Shown here: piece after piece, positions 7,952 to 17,482 of the stretch | Position numbering within the stretch: the first letter of the stretch is position 1 | How the letters are laid out: each line of letters begins with the position of its first letter | IMG/VR virus record: IMGVR_UViG_3300009037_000003 | Span: 64,001-128,000 of that record | Direction: 5' to 3' (one strand) | Source: a virus | Lineage: Duplodnaviria > Caudoviricetes | DNA length: 64,000 nucleotides | Notes under the pieces: model-generated | Database searches by the model: none | Told to the model about the DNA's origin: nothing | The model's input: the letters and a program-made list of their open reading frames with translations, nothing else | Made by a program: the position numbers and the translations under genes

Positions 7952-10708
7952 ATGACAAAAAGAAGAATATTGTTCGTTGGCGAAGCTTCTTATCTGGCTA
8001 CCGGATTCGGCGTGTATTGGAACGAAGTCTTAAAACGGCTATATCAGGATAAAGATTTGGAGATCGCAGAACTTGGCTCCTACGCCTACAAAGGCGATCC
8101 GAGAAATAGTCGGGTTCCGTGGAAATTTTATCCGGTCATACCAGATCGTAACGATAAAGACGCAATGAATAAATATTCGTCTATAAAGATCAACGAATTC
8201 GGTGCGGGAATATTTGAGGAAGTATGCCTGGAATGGCGCCCGCAAATAATCTGCGCCCTCCGGGACTTCTGGATGGATTCCTTCATCCTAGATTCACCAT
8301 ATCGCGACCTATTCAAGTTTCTGTGGATGGCAACGATAGATGGAGAACCGCAGCGTGATTTATGGTTAGATTACTACAAGCGATGCGACGGTATTTTGAC
8401 ATATTCGCACTATGGAATGGATTTGCTCAAAAAGACAGGAAGGCATGGAACTAAATTAATAGATATCGCGTCTCCTGGTGCTGATTTGGATGTTTTTAAG
8501 CCCCCGGACGATAAGCGTGTCCATAAGGCGAAGCTTGGGATAGATCCTGATGCTATTATTATTGGAACGGTCCAACGCAACCAAGCGCGCAAAAAGTACT
8601 ACGACCTCATCGAAGCCTTTTCTATCTGGCAGAATAAAGCAAACGCCAAAGGACGCACAGATCTTACGAAAAGAACATTTTTGTATCTGCACACCAGTTA
8701 TCCAGACGTTGGTTACGATATAGGAAAAGCTATTCGTGAATTCAATGTCGGCAATAGAGTCGTAATGACTTATTTATGCAGTAATTGCCACACTGCTTAT
8801 CCGGCATTCTTTTCTGGTTCGACGGCTATATGTACAAAATGCAAGCAATACACAGCGCATCCGCCAAATGCGTCTCATGGAGTAAGCAGAGAAGTACTGG
8901 CGGAGATCATGAAAGCGTTTGATCTATACGTCCAATATTCCGTTTGCTTACACCCGGAAACTCCCATTATGACATCGAATGGATGGGAAACTATTGGAAA
9001 TATTAAAATAGATGATCAGGTCATTGGTAGCGATGGCAAATTGCATCGTGTCTATAAGACAATGAAAAATCCATCTGACGCATGTTACGACGTTAAAGTC
9101 AAGGGAAGACCTTGGTCAGTTACGGCCACATGGAATCATCCATGGATGGTAGTAGACCAGACGAAGTCGTCACGAGGTTTAGAGAGCATCGTAAATGAGG
9201 ACAGAGAGTTCAACAAACTGGGTAAGCCGCGTCCAAAATTGAATTTTATCTATAAGCAGACAGAAGAGTTGCAGCCTGGAGATTTGCTAGTCAGTAAAAT
9301 TTCAGAAGAGGAAATCGTACGCAACTATAATTTGCCGTTTCTAGATGAGGACATGGCCTACTATATAGGATTGTTCACAGCAGATGGTCATGCCAATGAA
9401 ACATGTGGGCAATGCACGATTACGTCTCATGTATCAGCACAATCCAACGTTCTTGACATCTCGAAAAGGATCGCTGAAAGATTGGACAAAAACGCGCATC
9501 AACAAAACGTAAAAGGAAGATGTGCTGTTGTCACCAATATTTGTGATACAAAATTGCGCAATGTATTTAGGAAAATGTGTTATCACGAGGATAGAACAAA
9601 ACAATTGCCACCGGGCTGTCATCTGTGGCCAAGAAACTTGCAAGAACAATTAGTGCGCGGCTTAATGGCTGGAGATGGTCACTGGAGCAAGAGGTGTGAA
9701 TGGCTGAATGTTTTTTGTACAACTTCTGTGCATATAGCCAAAACGTTATGCCCTATACTCGAACGACTCGGTTGGTATTATTGTTGCAATGTTCAGCATA
9801 GAGAAGCCAGTGGAAGAATTCCTACATATCGTTTCGAAATTAGGACAGATGGGAAAAAAAGTAACCACGAAACATTATATAGAGATGGATTCGTTTTAAT
9901 AAAAGTAAAGTCATGCGAGAAAAGTGAATATAGCGGAGAAGTCGTCAATATAGACGTTGAAGATGACCATCATTACGTGACACTTGAAGGATTAAAGCAC
10001 AACTGTGAGGGTTATGGCCTTCCAATGGGGGACGCAACAGCATGCGGCGTGCCAGTTGCGGCTGTGGACTATTCGGCCATGCAAGACCATTTGCGGTGTC
10101 CGACGAGTATTCCAATCCCTGTAGGTAGATTTTTCCGAGAATCAGTAGTGGAAACGGAACAGAAAAGAGCGCTACCAGATAACGAAAAATTCGCAGACAT
10201 TATAGATAAATTCGTGCGATTGTCAGAATCAGTCCGTACAGAACGAGCTATAAAGACTAGACAATATGCCATAGAACCTGTCGCAACGTACGGCAAAATG
10301 ATGCCAAGATATAGTTTCGACAGGACGGCGGAAATATGGCGCAATGTTCTAAAAAATACAGAAGTGAACGATATTAGCGAAACTTGGCTTAGCCAAACGC
10401 CAAGAATAATTACTCCTGACTTGAAAGTGCCGAAACAAAATATGAGTAACTCGGAATTTGTGAACTGGGCTATTTCTAATGTTTTGCGAAAACCAGATAT
10501 GCTTAATACATGTTTTGCGAATGACTTGCTTGAGGCGTTGAATACCGGCCTTGTAGTTTCTGGTGATAGAAGAGTACCATTCGACCGCAATGCGCTAATA
10601 CAGCGTTTTCTGGACATAGTTTCAACTTTTAATCATGCGGAATCGCAACGGATTGCAATCGCATCTCCCAACAATAAAAATTGCAGCATAAACGGCATTT
10701 GGCTCTAG
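7952..10708 (+). CDS. GT-B (GT4-like) glycosyltransferase with intein and zinc-ribbon insert
   Basis: TGFG N-terminal loop, GADLDVF, VQRNQARK, FDLYVQYS|CEGYGLP; about 565 aa after splicing. Confidence 0.88.
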   Translation: MTKRRILFVGEASYLATGFGVYWNEVLKRLYQDKDLEIAELGSYAYKGDPRNSRVPWKFYPVIPDRNDKDAMNKYSSIKINEFGAGIFEEVCLEWRPQIICALRDFWMDSFILDSPYRDLFKFLWMATIDGEPQRDLWLDYYKRCDGILTYSHYGMDLLKKTGRHGTKLIDIASPGADLDVFKPPDDKRVHKAKLGIDPDAIIIGTVQRNQARKKYYDLIEAFSIWQNKANAKGRTDLTKRTFLYLHTSYPDVGYDIGKAIREFNVGNRVVMTYLCSNCHTAYPAFFSGSTAICTKCKQYTAHPPNASHGVSREVLAEIMKAFDLYVQYSVCLHPETPIMTSNGWETIGNIKIDDQVIGSDGKLHRVYKTMKNPSDACYDVKVKGRPWSVTATWNHPWMVVDQTKSSRGLESIVNEDREFNKLGKPRPKLNFIYKQTEELQPGDLLVSKISEEEIVRNYNLPFLDEDMAYYIGLFTADGHANETCGQCTITSHVSAQSNVLDISKRIAERLDKNAHQQNVKGRCAVVTNICDTKLRNVFRKMCYHEDRTKQLPPGCHLWPRNLQEQLVRGLMAGDGHWSKRCEWLNVFCTTSVHIAKTLCPILERLGWYYCCNVQHREASGRIPTYRFEIRTDGKKSNHETLYRDGFVLIKVKSCEKSEYSGEVVNIDVEDDHHYVTLEGLKHNCEGYGLPMGDATACGVPVAAVDYSAMQDHLRCPTSIPIPVGRFFRESVVETEQKRALPDNEKFADIIDKFVRLSESVRTERAIKTRQYAIEPVATYGKMMPRYSFDRTAEIWRNVLKNTEVNDISETWLSQTPRIITPDLKVPKQNMSNSEFVNWAISNVLRKPDMLNTCFANDLLEALNTGLVVSGDRRVPFDRNALIQRFLDIVSTFNHAESQRIAIASPNNKNCSINGIWL
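8945..10003 (+). mobile_element. Intein (353 aa) with LAGLIDADG homing endonuclease in a glycosyltransferase
   Basis: CLHPETPI start, ATWNHPW block B, IGLFTADG and VRGLMAGDG, end VNIDVEDDHHY...KHN followed by Cys. Confidence 0.93.
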
Positions 10709-10718
10709 GAGTTCAGAA

Positions 10719-11897
10719 ATGAAGATAGGTTATATCGGTGTATATCGAGACGGTACCGGTTACGCCAAGCAGGCAATAAACAACATAAGGGCAATAAGTA
10801 CCAGCTCTCTAGACGTCGTCGCAAAATATGTTAATCTGGCATCATCACGAAATGACGCGGTGATTCCGGAACTGTTATCGCTAGAAAATAAAAGTCTAGA
10901 CAAGGTCGACGTCGTTATTCAACACGTATTACCGCACATGTTCGAGTACAAGCATGGGGTGAAGAATATAGGTCTATTTGACTGGGAGACAAGCCACTTC
11001 AAAAGATCTATTTGGCCATTCTGCTGCAATCTTATGGACGAAATATGGGTACCGACCATCCAAAATAAGTACGCATGCATAGATAGTGGCGTAACATCGC
11101 CAATACGAATACTACCGTGCGCGTGCGATCCTTTAAGGTTTAAACACAAACCACTTCCGGCCAGGATAGACAAGTCTGGGAAAAGATGCATATTCTATAC
11201 GATTGGCGAAATGACTCGTAGAAAAAATATTATAGCATCAATCCGGGCATTTTACCGTGCGTTCTCCGCCAGAGACGACGTAGTCTTAATTATAAAAACG
11301 AGCATGCCAGGTAAAACGCCGCAGCAGAGCAGCTCCGCCATAAGAGGAATTGTCGAAGACATTAAGGAATCTACGCACATTTACCGCGACAAATCTCAAT
11401 ATCCGCCGATTATGTGCATTACCGAACGTTTGCATGACGAACAAATAGATCAACTCCATGTGTCGTGCGATATTTTTATTTCTTTGAGCCATACCGAGGC
11501 GTGGGGTATCCCAATGCATGATGCTATGGGTTTTGGGAATCCGGTGATTGTCAGCAATCATGGTTCTTATCCGGAAATCGTATATCCGCAGGCTTGTGAC
11601 TATTGGATGCCCGACCAAAGATGCTTTAGACACCCAGGGACGGTTGATAGTGGGTGGCTGGTACCTGGACAGCTATCTCCATGCTTCGGGCAGACGGAGA
11701 GCTTCCCTGACTTGTATACTGGGTCAGAGGACTGGTTTGATCCATGCGTTACATATGCTGCCGAATGTATGCAAGAAGCGTATCGCTTGTGGCAGGATAA
11801 ATCGTTGTCTAGCAAACAAGAAGCGGCGAAAAATCGGGCGACTAGTTTTGACTATCGAAGCGTTGGCAAAATCGCAGAATCATTGCTCCTAGGATAA
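10719..11897 (+). CDS. Glycosyltransferase family 4 (GT-B)
   Basis: TGYA, WET, DEIWVP, RKN and SHTEAWGIPMHDAMGFGNPVI. Confidence 0.9.
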   Translation: MKIGYIGVYRDGTGYAKQAINNIRAISTSSLDVVAKYVNLASSRNDAVIPELLSLENKSLDKVDVVIQHVLPHMFEYKHGVKNIGLFDWETSHFKRSIWPFCCNLMDEIWVPTIQNKYACIDSGVTSPIRILPCACDPLRFKHKPLPARIDKSGKRCIFYTIGEMTRRKNIIASIRAFYRAFSARDDVVLIIKTSMPGKTPQQSSSAIRGIVEDIKESTHIYRDKSQYPPIMCITERLHDEQIDQLHVSCDIFISLSHTEAWGIPMHDAMGFGNPVIVSNHGSYPEIVYPQACDYWMPDQRCFRHPGTVDSGWLVPGQLSPCFGQTESFPDLYTGSEDWFDPCVTYAAECMQEAYRLWQDKSLSSKQEAAKNRATSFDYRSVGKIAESLLLG

Positions 11898-11908
11898 GGG
11901 AACTATCT

Positions 11909-12919
11909 ATGGCTACAATACTGTCTGGAATACTTCGCAGAATAAACAGAGATAAAACAAAGCCGCTGAACATCTTGACTGGACTAGCACATGAGGGATA
12001 CAGCACCACCATGGCCAAAACTGGTCACGAGTTTTACTTTGTCACGAACAAGAGTTGGCCACAATGGAATGTCCAAGAAAGAGATGTGCCGTCGAATATT
12101 CATCTTCTCGGCGGGGAAGATCTAAAACGTCAATTGAACTGCGATATAACTTTTGACCTTGTACTATCTCAAAAATGTTTAGATCACTATCCAGTACTTA
12201 ACCAAGTGGCTTGTCAAATGAATATACCGCTGATCGTGTTGCATCACAGTCTGCCATGGATCCCCCCAGTCGGCAATTGGTCGTGGGAGACGGTCAAGGA
12301 TATTGGGAATCAGCGATGCGACCACAATGTATTTGTAAGTAATTTTAGCGCCGAAGCATGGGGTAGGGATTCCGACGGCGACAATATTTCTATTATTAGA
12401 CACGGCATGGATACCGAGTATTGGCAAGGATGGAGCGGCGGCGACGGCAAGATTATGACAGCCGTATGGGATTTTAAACGACGCGATTCAGTTTGTGGCT
12501 ATTCGTTGTTCCAAGAGGTTACACGTGATTTGCCAGTTAACATCTGGGGCGATTCCCCAGGCGTTTCTGTTATGGCTAAGAACCGCGATCATCTTCGGGA
12601 CTTATATCGGCAAGCTTCGGTATATTTTAATAGCACACTTTGGTCGTCGTGCCCATTTTCGCTACTTGAAGCAATGTCAGTTGGATGTCCGATAGTCACT
12701 ACAGCAACTACCATGATGCCAGAATTCATCCGCGATGGCGTAAATGGTTTTGTATCAAACGACCCAGGAGTTTTGAGGGAAAAGTTGTCGTTGCTTATTT
12801 CCGACCCAGTACTCGGCAAGCAGATAGGCGAAGCTGGTCGACGAACAATACTTGAATTATTCAACGAATCGCAATTTATAAATAAGTGGAATGCTGTTTT
12901 TAATACCGTTATGGAATAA
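11909..12919 (+). CDS. Glycosyltransferase family 4 (GT-B)
   Basis: IRHGMD, LLEAMSVGCPIV and IRDGVNGF. Confidence 0.9.
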   Translation: MATILSGILRRINRDKTKPLNILTGLAHEGYSTTMAKTGHEFYFVTNKSWPQWNVQERDVPSNIHLLGGEDLKRQLNCDITFDLVLSQKCLDHYPVLNQVACQMNIPLIVLHHSLPWIPPVGNWSWETVKDIGNQRCDHNVFVSNFSAEAWGRDSDGDNISIIRHGMDTEYWQGWSGGDGKIMTAVWDFKRRDSVCGYSLFQEVTRDLPVNIWGDSPGVSVMAKNRDHLRDLYRQASVYFNSTLWSSCPFSLLEAMSVGCPIVTTATTMMPEFIRDGVNGFVSNDPGVLREKLSLLISDPVLGKQIGEAGRRTILELFNESQFINKWNAVFNTVME

Positions 12920-12924
12920 TTCCC

Positions 12925-12953
12925 GCAAAAAGTGGTCTCCATAAACGTATAAT
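12925..12953 (+). promoter_or_regulatory. Class II promoter GCAAAA-N17-TATAAT
   Basis: Intergenic; followed by Shine-Dalgarno AAGGAG and ATG 12970. Confidence 0.55.
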
Positions 12954-12969
12954 CCAGTAAGGAGATATT

Positions 12970-13446
12970 ATGAGACTCAATTTCTGCTATGACAATCAGG
13001 CGATGCATAATTTTACAAATATCGGTAAAGAGCCGATAGCGGTATCTGCCGATGGATACGACTACAGACAGGGACAGGTTTTGTGTTTGGATTGGATTGC
13101 CGATGACAATTCTGTCGAACTCATTAACGCAGGATACAGTTTACATTCTATTCCGATCCAAGATTTACCAGATGCGATACGCAATTGGAGCAACAAACTA
13201 ATCAGCAGCGGAGGAGCATTAATAGTAAACATATATGACATCGACGTAGCGGCGATGCATTACTCGAATGGTCAGATCACTCTACGTGAGCTTAACTCTA
13301 TTCTCGGGTATGACCGTACTTATAAGGCGGCAATCAGTAGGTCCGAATTAGAGAAATGTCTCGTACAGGCCGGTTTAGTTATTGAGTCTAAGAGCTACGA
13401 CGGGATTACATTTACCGTTATGGCTGTACGGGGGTGTCGATGCTAG
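12970..13446 (+). CDS. Degenerate class I SAM-dependent methyltransferase-like protein
   Basis: MRLNF, DNSVELI.A.YSLH and W...L.SGG.L resemble type 11 methyltransferases, but the GxG motif is lost. Confidence 0.5.
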   Translation: MRLNFCYDNQAMHNFTNIGKEPIAVSADGYDYRQGQVLCLDWIADDNSVELINAGYSLHSIPIQDLPDAIRNWSNKLISSGGALIVNIYDIDVAAMHYSNGQITLRELNSILGYDRTYKAAISRSELEKCLVQAGLVIESKSYDGITFTVMAVRGCRC

Positions 13447-14150
13447 TAACCCAATGTAGTCGCTGCTGTTTCTTTGTCAGCGAGAACAATGTGTGCGGTT
13501 TTGGATACGATACAACCCTATTAGATGGCAAATCAGTATCGCTTGGATGTTGTAGATACATGCGAAGCATAGCTTGGCTAAAGAGATATGTCTCTGGTTG
13601 GAAAAACAAACTCGATCAAGAAACTTCTTTAAAAATAGATGCCATTGTTGTGTTCGACGACGATAGACATCGATTAGATGATCTGTCGAAGACTATCGGT
13701 AGCAATAGGTACGGCGACATAGTTTCTCATACTATTATCGCTGATGTCACCGGGTCTCATAATCGGCTGAATACAGCTCTCAACTTTATCAGATCTGGTT
13801 GTAAGCAGGTGATCGTCGACATGAGTACGGAGAAAGAATCTCCTATTGAAATAGAAGATACTATTTATCGCATCAATAGACAATTCGTAAAATCGCCATT
13901 CTTTTTGGTAGTCGATGCCGGTAAAGATATACCCGACTTGTTTGTAGCAAAACAGACAATACGCAAAGACCATCGATCGATTCATTGGTATTTTTCAGAA
14001 ACAGATGTGCTTAGCGATGGAATTTTCCTATCACGCGGGTACAGCACAATTATGTCTGGAGCATCCAGTATGACTTTTACGCAGAGACTAAGATCTGTTG
14101 AGACAGAAATGGAAGTAGAACTATCACGGCCACTATATGAATCCAGATAA
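13440..14150 (+). CDS. Hypothetical protein (Cys-rich N-terminus, possible degenerate GT-A)
   Basis: CxxC...C...C N-terminus; FFLVVDAG; coupled to neighbouring genes. Confidence 0.4.
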   Translation: MLVTQCSRCCFFVSENNVCGFGYDTTLLDGKSVSLGCCRYMRSIAWLKRYVSGWKNKLDQETSLKIDAIVVFDDDRHRLDDLSKTIGSNRYGDIVSHTIIADVTGSHNRLNTALNFIRSGCKQVIVDMSTEKESPIEIEDTIYRINRQFVKSPFFLVVDAGKDIPDLFVAKQTIRKDHRSIHWYFSETDVLSDGIFLSRGYSTIMSGASSMTFTQRLRSVETEMEVELSRPLYESR

Positions 14151-14898
14151 AGAAAATATCTCAATAGTAATCCCATCGCACAATAACGAGGCTACAATTG
14201 AAAGGGCCGTACGATCAACGACAATTGGGGCTAGACCTGCAGACGTTGTTGTCGTCGGAGATAACGATAGCAGCGATGGAACATATGACATACTCTGTGG
14301 TATTATCGGAGCTAAACCAGTAACAATTGACGGAAGCACCGGTCTGCCGCCAAAAGCTAGTGGTGTCATTAACGACACAAAGGTGATCATATTCAAAAAG
14401 CGATTTAGCGCGACAGGAAATACTATCAACACAGCCATCCAAACATATTGGAAAGACGTCACTGTATTTGGATTTATGGATCCGACAGCTTATTATGGTC
14501 CAGATAAGATTAAAAGTTCTGTTGAGGTTATGCAGCAATATCCAACAGTGGCATGCGTCGTCAGCGACTGCGATCGTGTACATCCCGATGGTAGAATCGA
14601 GAGAATTTTTCGTCCATCGTTCGATGCAGCGAAATTGATGAACAGTTATTGTTATGATGGAAATTATCTTTTGCGACCGCAAGTTTTTGGCATAATGAAG
14701 TATGGATTTAACGATCAGTTATGGTCTATGCATGACTACGATCTACTATTACGGATTGCTGACATAGGTCTGATCTACCATGTTCCATCATCGCTGCATA
14801 CAATTAAGCCAGCCGTGGACAACATAGAGGAACATTGCGAAATGCTACTAGTCCAGAAATTAGCTCGCGGTAGAAAAGTAAAAAATGAAAAAGGTTAA
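14137..14898 (+). CDS. Glycosyltransferase family 2
   Basis: ISIVIPSHN, VVGDNDSSDGT, FMDP, HDYDLLLR. Confidence 0.88.
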   Translation: MNPDKENISIVIPSHNNEATIERAVRSTTIGARPADVVVVGDNDSSDGTYDILCGIIGAKPVTIDGSTGLPPKASGVINDTKVIIFKKRFSATGNTINTAIQTYWKDVTVFGFMDPTAYYGPDKIKSSVEVMQQYPTVACVVSDCDRVHPDGRIERIFRPSFDAAKLMNSYCYDGNYLLRPQVFGIMKYGFNDQLWSMHDYDLLLRIADIGLIYHVPSSLHTIKPAVDNIEEHCEMLLVQKLARGRKVKNEKG

Positions 14899-15478
14899 AA
14901 ATCAACAGCACAGACTGGCCGTAAGGAGACAGGCGGATGCCATGCAGGAAATGCAAAAGATAGGAGTACCTATAAATGACAAGCGACAGAAGATAGGTAT
15001 TATCTTTGACCATCTTGGTGCTAGTCAATGTGCGTATTTCGGTATTACGAATATCAATAATATATGTCGTACATATGCCGGTATCGATATCGTGATATTT
15101 ACGCCGCATGTCATACCTCCGTGCATAAAGCCATTATGTCCCGTGTTCAATCTATCGTTTCTTGTGTCATGGGATGGTAGTCCGTTGATAACAACATGTC
15201 CATTTACTACGACCATAGGGCTAAGTACACGTTGCCACAATTTATACTATTACGCATTCAGTGTCGATCATGTAAATATCCATAATGATTACAAGAAGTT
15301 AAAATCGACTATTACTGATCCACGAGTCAAGACACTAGTTCAGTGTCCTGATCACAAATCGCTACTAGAGCAGGAATTCGACATATCGGTTTATGATACG
15401 ATAGTGCCAGATTTTGATTTAGAAAAATTGGTCCGGATAGTGATGGAGGATACAAATGCCGGACATCCCAATATATAA
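14885..15478 (+). CDS. Hypothetical protein, possible GT-B N-terminal-like domain
   Basis: 197-aa ORF overlapping both neighbours within the GT cluster. Confidence 0.4.
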   Translation: MKKVKNQQHRLAVRRQADAMQEMQKIGVPINDKRQKIGIIFDHLGASQCAYFGITNINNICRTYAGIDIVIFTPHVIPPCIKPLCPVFNLSFLVSWDGSPLITTCPFTTTIGLSTRCHNLYYYAFSVDHVNIHNDYKKLKSTITDPRVKTLVQCPDHKSLLEQEFDISVYDTIVPDFDLEKLVRIVMEDTNAGHPNI

Positions 15479-16328
15479 GGCAAGTAAGAATGAAATAATC
15501 TCCATGCTTTTATCGGTCGGTTATTCTGATAGAAGTTTACGGGATGGCGTTGGCAAGATGTTGTCAAAATCCCAATTAGCAAAAAAGCTACGAGACTACA
15601 AAATAGACCATAAACCACGAAAAGTAATGAACGATATCGAAGACGAGATAGGGAAACCAGTACGTCAACCAAAGGAGCAATCGGTGGAAGAAACTACATT
15701 ATCTAGCACCCCAAATATGACAGATCAGGGATGGACCCAATATGTTCTTGGGCGGTTTTTCGACGAAGAATTAGACGGACAGAACCCGAGAGTAGAAGGG
15801 CTCAGAAGAGTTGCTAGCTTGCTAGTAGGCGATATAGTAGAGGAAGGATGCGAATTGATACAGGGACCGTGTAGCGATAATGGATATCGTGCATGTGCCA
15901 AAGCGTGGGCGGTGTTTGATACAATTCGCGGAAAGAAACGATTTGAAGCATTGGCGGATGCTTGTCCCGAAAACTGTAGCGAAGGATATACCACCTACAT
16001 AACTGCCATTGCGGATACGCGAGCAAAAGGAAGAGTATATAGGAACGCACTGTATCTACACAGAGTGGTAGCGGCTGAAGAGTTATCGGAATTTACGAAT
16101 ACCCAGTCGGTCAAAATAGAACATAACTGTGCGTCGGAACTGGCCCGACCAGGGCAGATATCCATGATAACCTTGATGTTGCAAAAAACACAGCATGATC
16201 CTAAGACAATTTTGGGAGAACTCGGGATTCCGTACGTCGAAGGGATAAACGGCGAAGTCGAATGGAAAAAGCTTTCCTATCAGCAAGCATTGGATTTTAT
16301 GAACACCCTTAGAGCAAAGAAGGCCTAA
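15456..16328 (+). CDS. Putative single-strand annealing recombinase (Rad52/Sak-like)
   Basis: GLRRVA...ALADA.P.N...AIADTRAKGR.YRNAL...VAAEEL, plus a C-terminal helical QA..F motif. Confidence 0.5.
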   Translation: MPDIPIYKASKNEIISMLLSVGYSDRSLRDGVGKMLSKSQLAKKLRDYKIDHKPRKVMNDIEDEIGKPVRQPKEQSVEETTLSSTPNMTDQGWTQYVLGRFFDEELDGQNPRVEGLRRVASLLVGDIVEEGCELIQGPCSDNGYRACAKAWAVFDTIRGKKRFEALADACPENCSEGYTTYITAIADTRAKGRVYRNALYLHRVVAAEELSEFTNTQSVKIEHNCASELARPGQISMITLMLQKTQHDPKTILGELGIPYVEGINGEVEWKKLSYQQALDFMNTLRAKKA

Positions 16329-16331
16329 TCT

Positions 16332-16823
16332 ATGACAGAACAAAAATTCTTACGAGCACTAGATTTTTACAAACCGAAAAACAATGGGGCCGGAGCGGCA
16401 TCACAGTGGAGCATCGGATCAAAACGGGATTGTGTATTTTTAGAAATGGCTAGTCAAACTACCTCACAGGATGATATTGCCAGATTTGATTGGGATAAAA
16501 AAATCAAATTTAAACTTGATACGACAGATATCGGAGAGATATTAACGGTGATTAGTGGTTATTCGTCGGGGATAGGCCCATTGGAAAAGGATGGCTCCAA
16601 GCACAAGGGGCTATTCCATTCGAGCAAATCTGGTAACGCAGTTCTAAAGTTCTCGTGCATGACAGATGAAGAGCATGGGACGAGACTGTACTATATTGCT
16701 CTTAGTGTCAAGAACGCCGTAACCGATGCCGTTAAGACCGTTTCGCATACTCTGACAGAGGCAGAGGTCATTGTCTTGGGAACAGCTTTGAGAAAAAGCA
16801 TCGAAGCTATTCTTGACTGGTAG
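16332..16823 (+). CDS. Hypothetical protein (possible PC4/Whirly-like ssDNA-binding protein)
   Basis: FYKP, VFLEMA, FDW..KIKFKL...DIGE, GLFH; follows the annealing protein. Confidence 0.35.
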   Translation: MTEQKFLRALDFYKPKNNGAGAASQWSIGSKRDCVFLEMASQTTSQDDIARFDWDKKIKFKLDTTDIGEILTVISGYSSGIGPLEKDGSKHKGLFHSSKSGNAVLKFSCMTDEEHGTRLYYIALSVKNAVTDAVKTVSHTLTEAEVIVLGTALRKSIEAILDW

Positions 16824-17079
16824 GAGACTTATCCTCAATTCTTTCTACGAGAGCCTGCAAGACTCGAACATCGGTTCGCAAATCGCTAATTGCATCAACG
16901 AGATCGGAGATCGACTGGTTAAGGTCTCTGATCTCTTGCTGTTTGAGTTGAAGGTCTAAAATGGCATCTTTGGTGTGCTGAAACTCGCCACCCATAGAAA
17001 ACGCAGTACCTGCTACACCTCCAACTACACCTAGTAACAAACCGATAGCGCTTTGCCACGGGGCTATTTTCTTTACCAT
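16807..17079 (-). CDS. Small membrane-anchored coiled-coil protein (possible lysis accessory)
   Basis: GGAGG Shine-Dalgarno before ATG 17079; one TM segment then heptad repeats; last gene of the late arm. Confidence 0.45.
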   Translation of the reverse strand: MVKKIAPWQSAIGLLLGVVGGVAGTAFSMGGEFQHTKDAILDLQLKQQEIRDLNQSISDLVDAISDLRTDVRVLQALVERIEDKSPTSQE

Positions 17080-17083
17080 TCCA

Positions 17084-17398
17084 TCATCCTCCATCTATCT
17101 TATCAAGAATTGCTGTTTCCCAATCGTTTCTGGTGATGATTAGAAAATTCATTCTACGCTTCCGATAGAACTCTTCCTTTTTAACCAGTTTTAGGTCCGT
17201 ACGAACTTCCATCAAGCCGTCGTACTCTATCCATAGATCAAACTGAGGAAGATAAAAATCACAGAATCCGCGACTCGGTTTAGGCAGCTTCTTATGGGCT
17301 TCATATACTATACCATTACCCATAAGCCAATCTGCAACTCTTGATTCAGATTCCGAATCGTACAACTCGCCGTCTAACCCTATCGCCTTTTTCCACAT
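17084..17398 (-). CDS. PD-(D/E)XK-type endonuclease
   Basis: S.SE..VADWL...I.YE...CDFYLP...LWIEYDG. Confidence 0.75.
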   Translation of the reverse strand: MWKKAIGLDGELYDSESESRVADWLMGNGIVYEAHKKLPKPSRGFCDFYLPQFDLWIEYDGLMEVRTDLKLVKKEEFYRKRRMNFLIITRNDWETAILDKIDGG

Positions 17399-17411
17399 AA
17401 GCTGTTTCTAT

Positions 17412-17460
17412 AAAAAAAAGAATGAAGCTATGATCGTTGGCTGAATCAATGCTTCATTCT
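17412..17460 (-). terminator. Intrinsic terminator
   Basis: AGAATGAAGC...GCTTCATTCT stem followed by a long T run on the - strand. Confidence 0.8.
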
Positions 17461-17482
17461 AGTGTGTCCATCATGCTATGTC

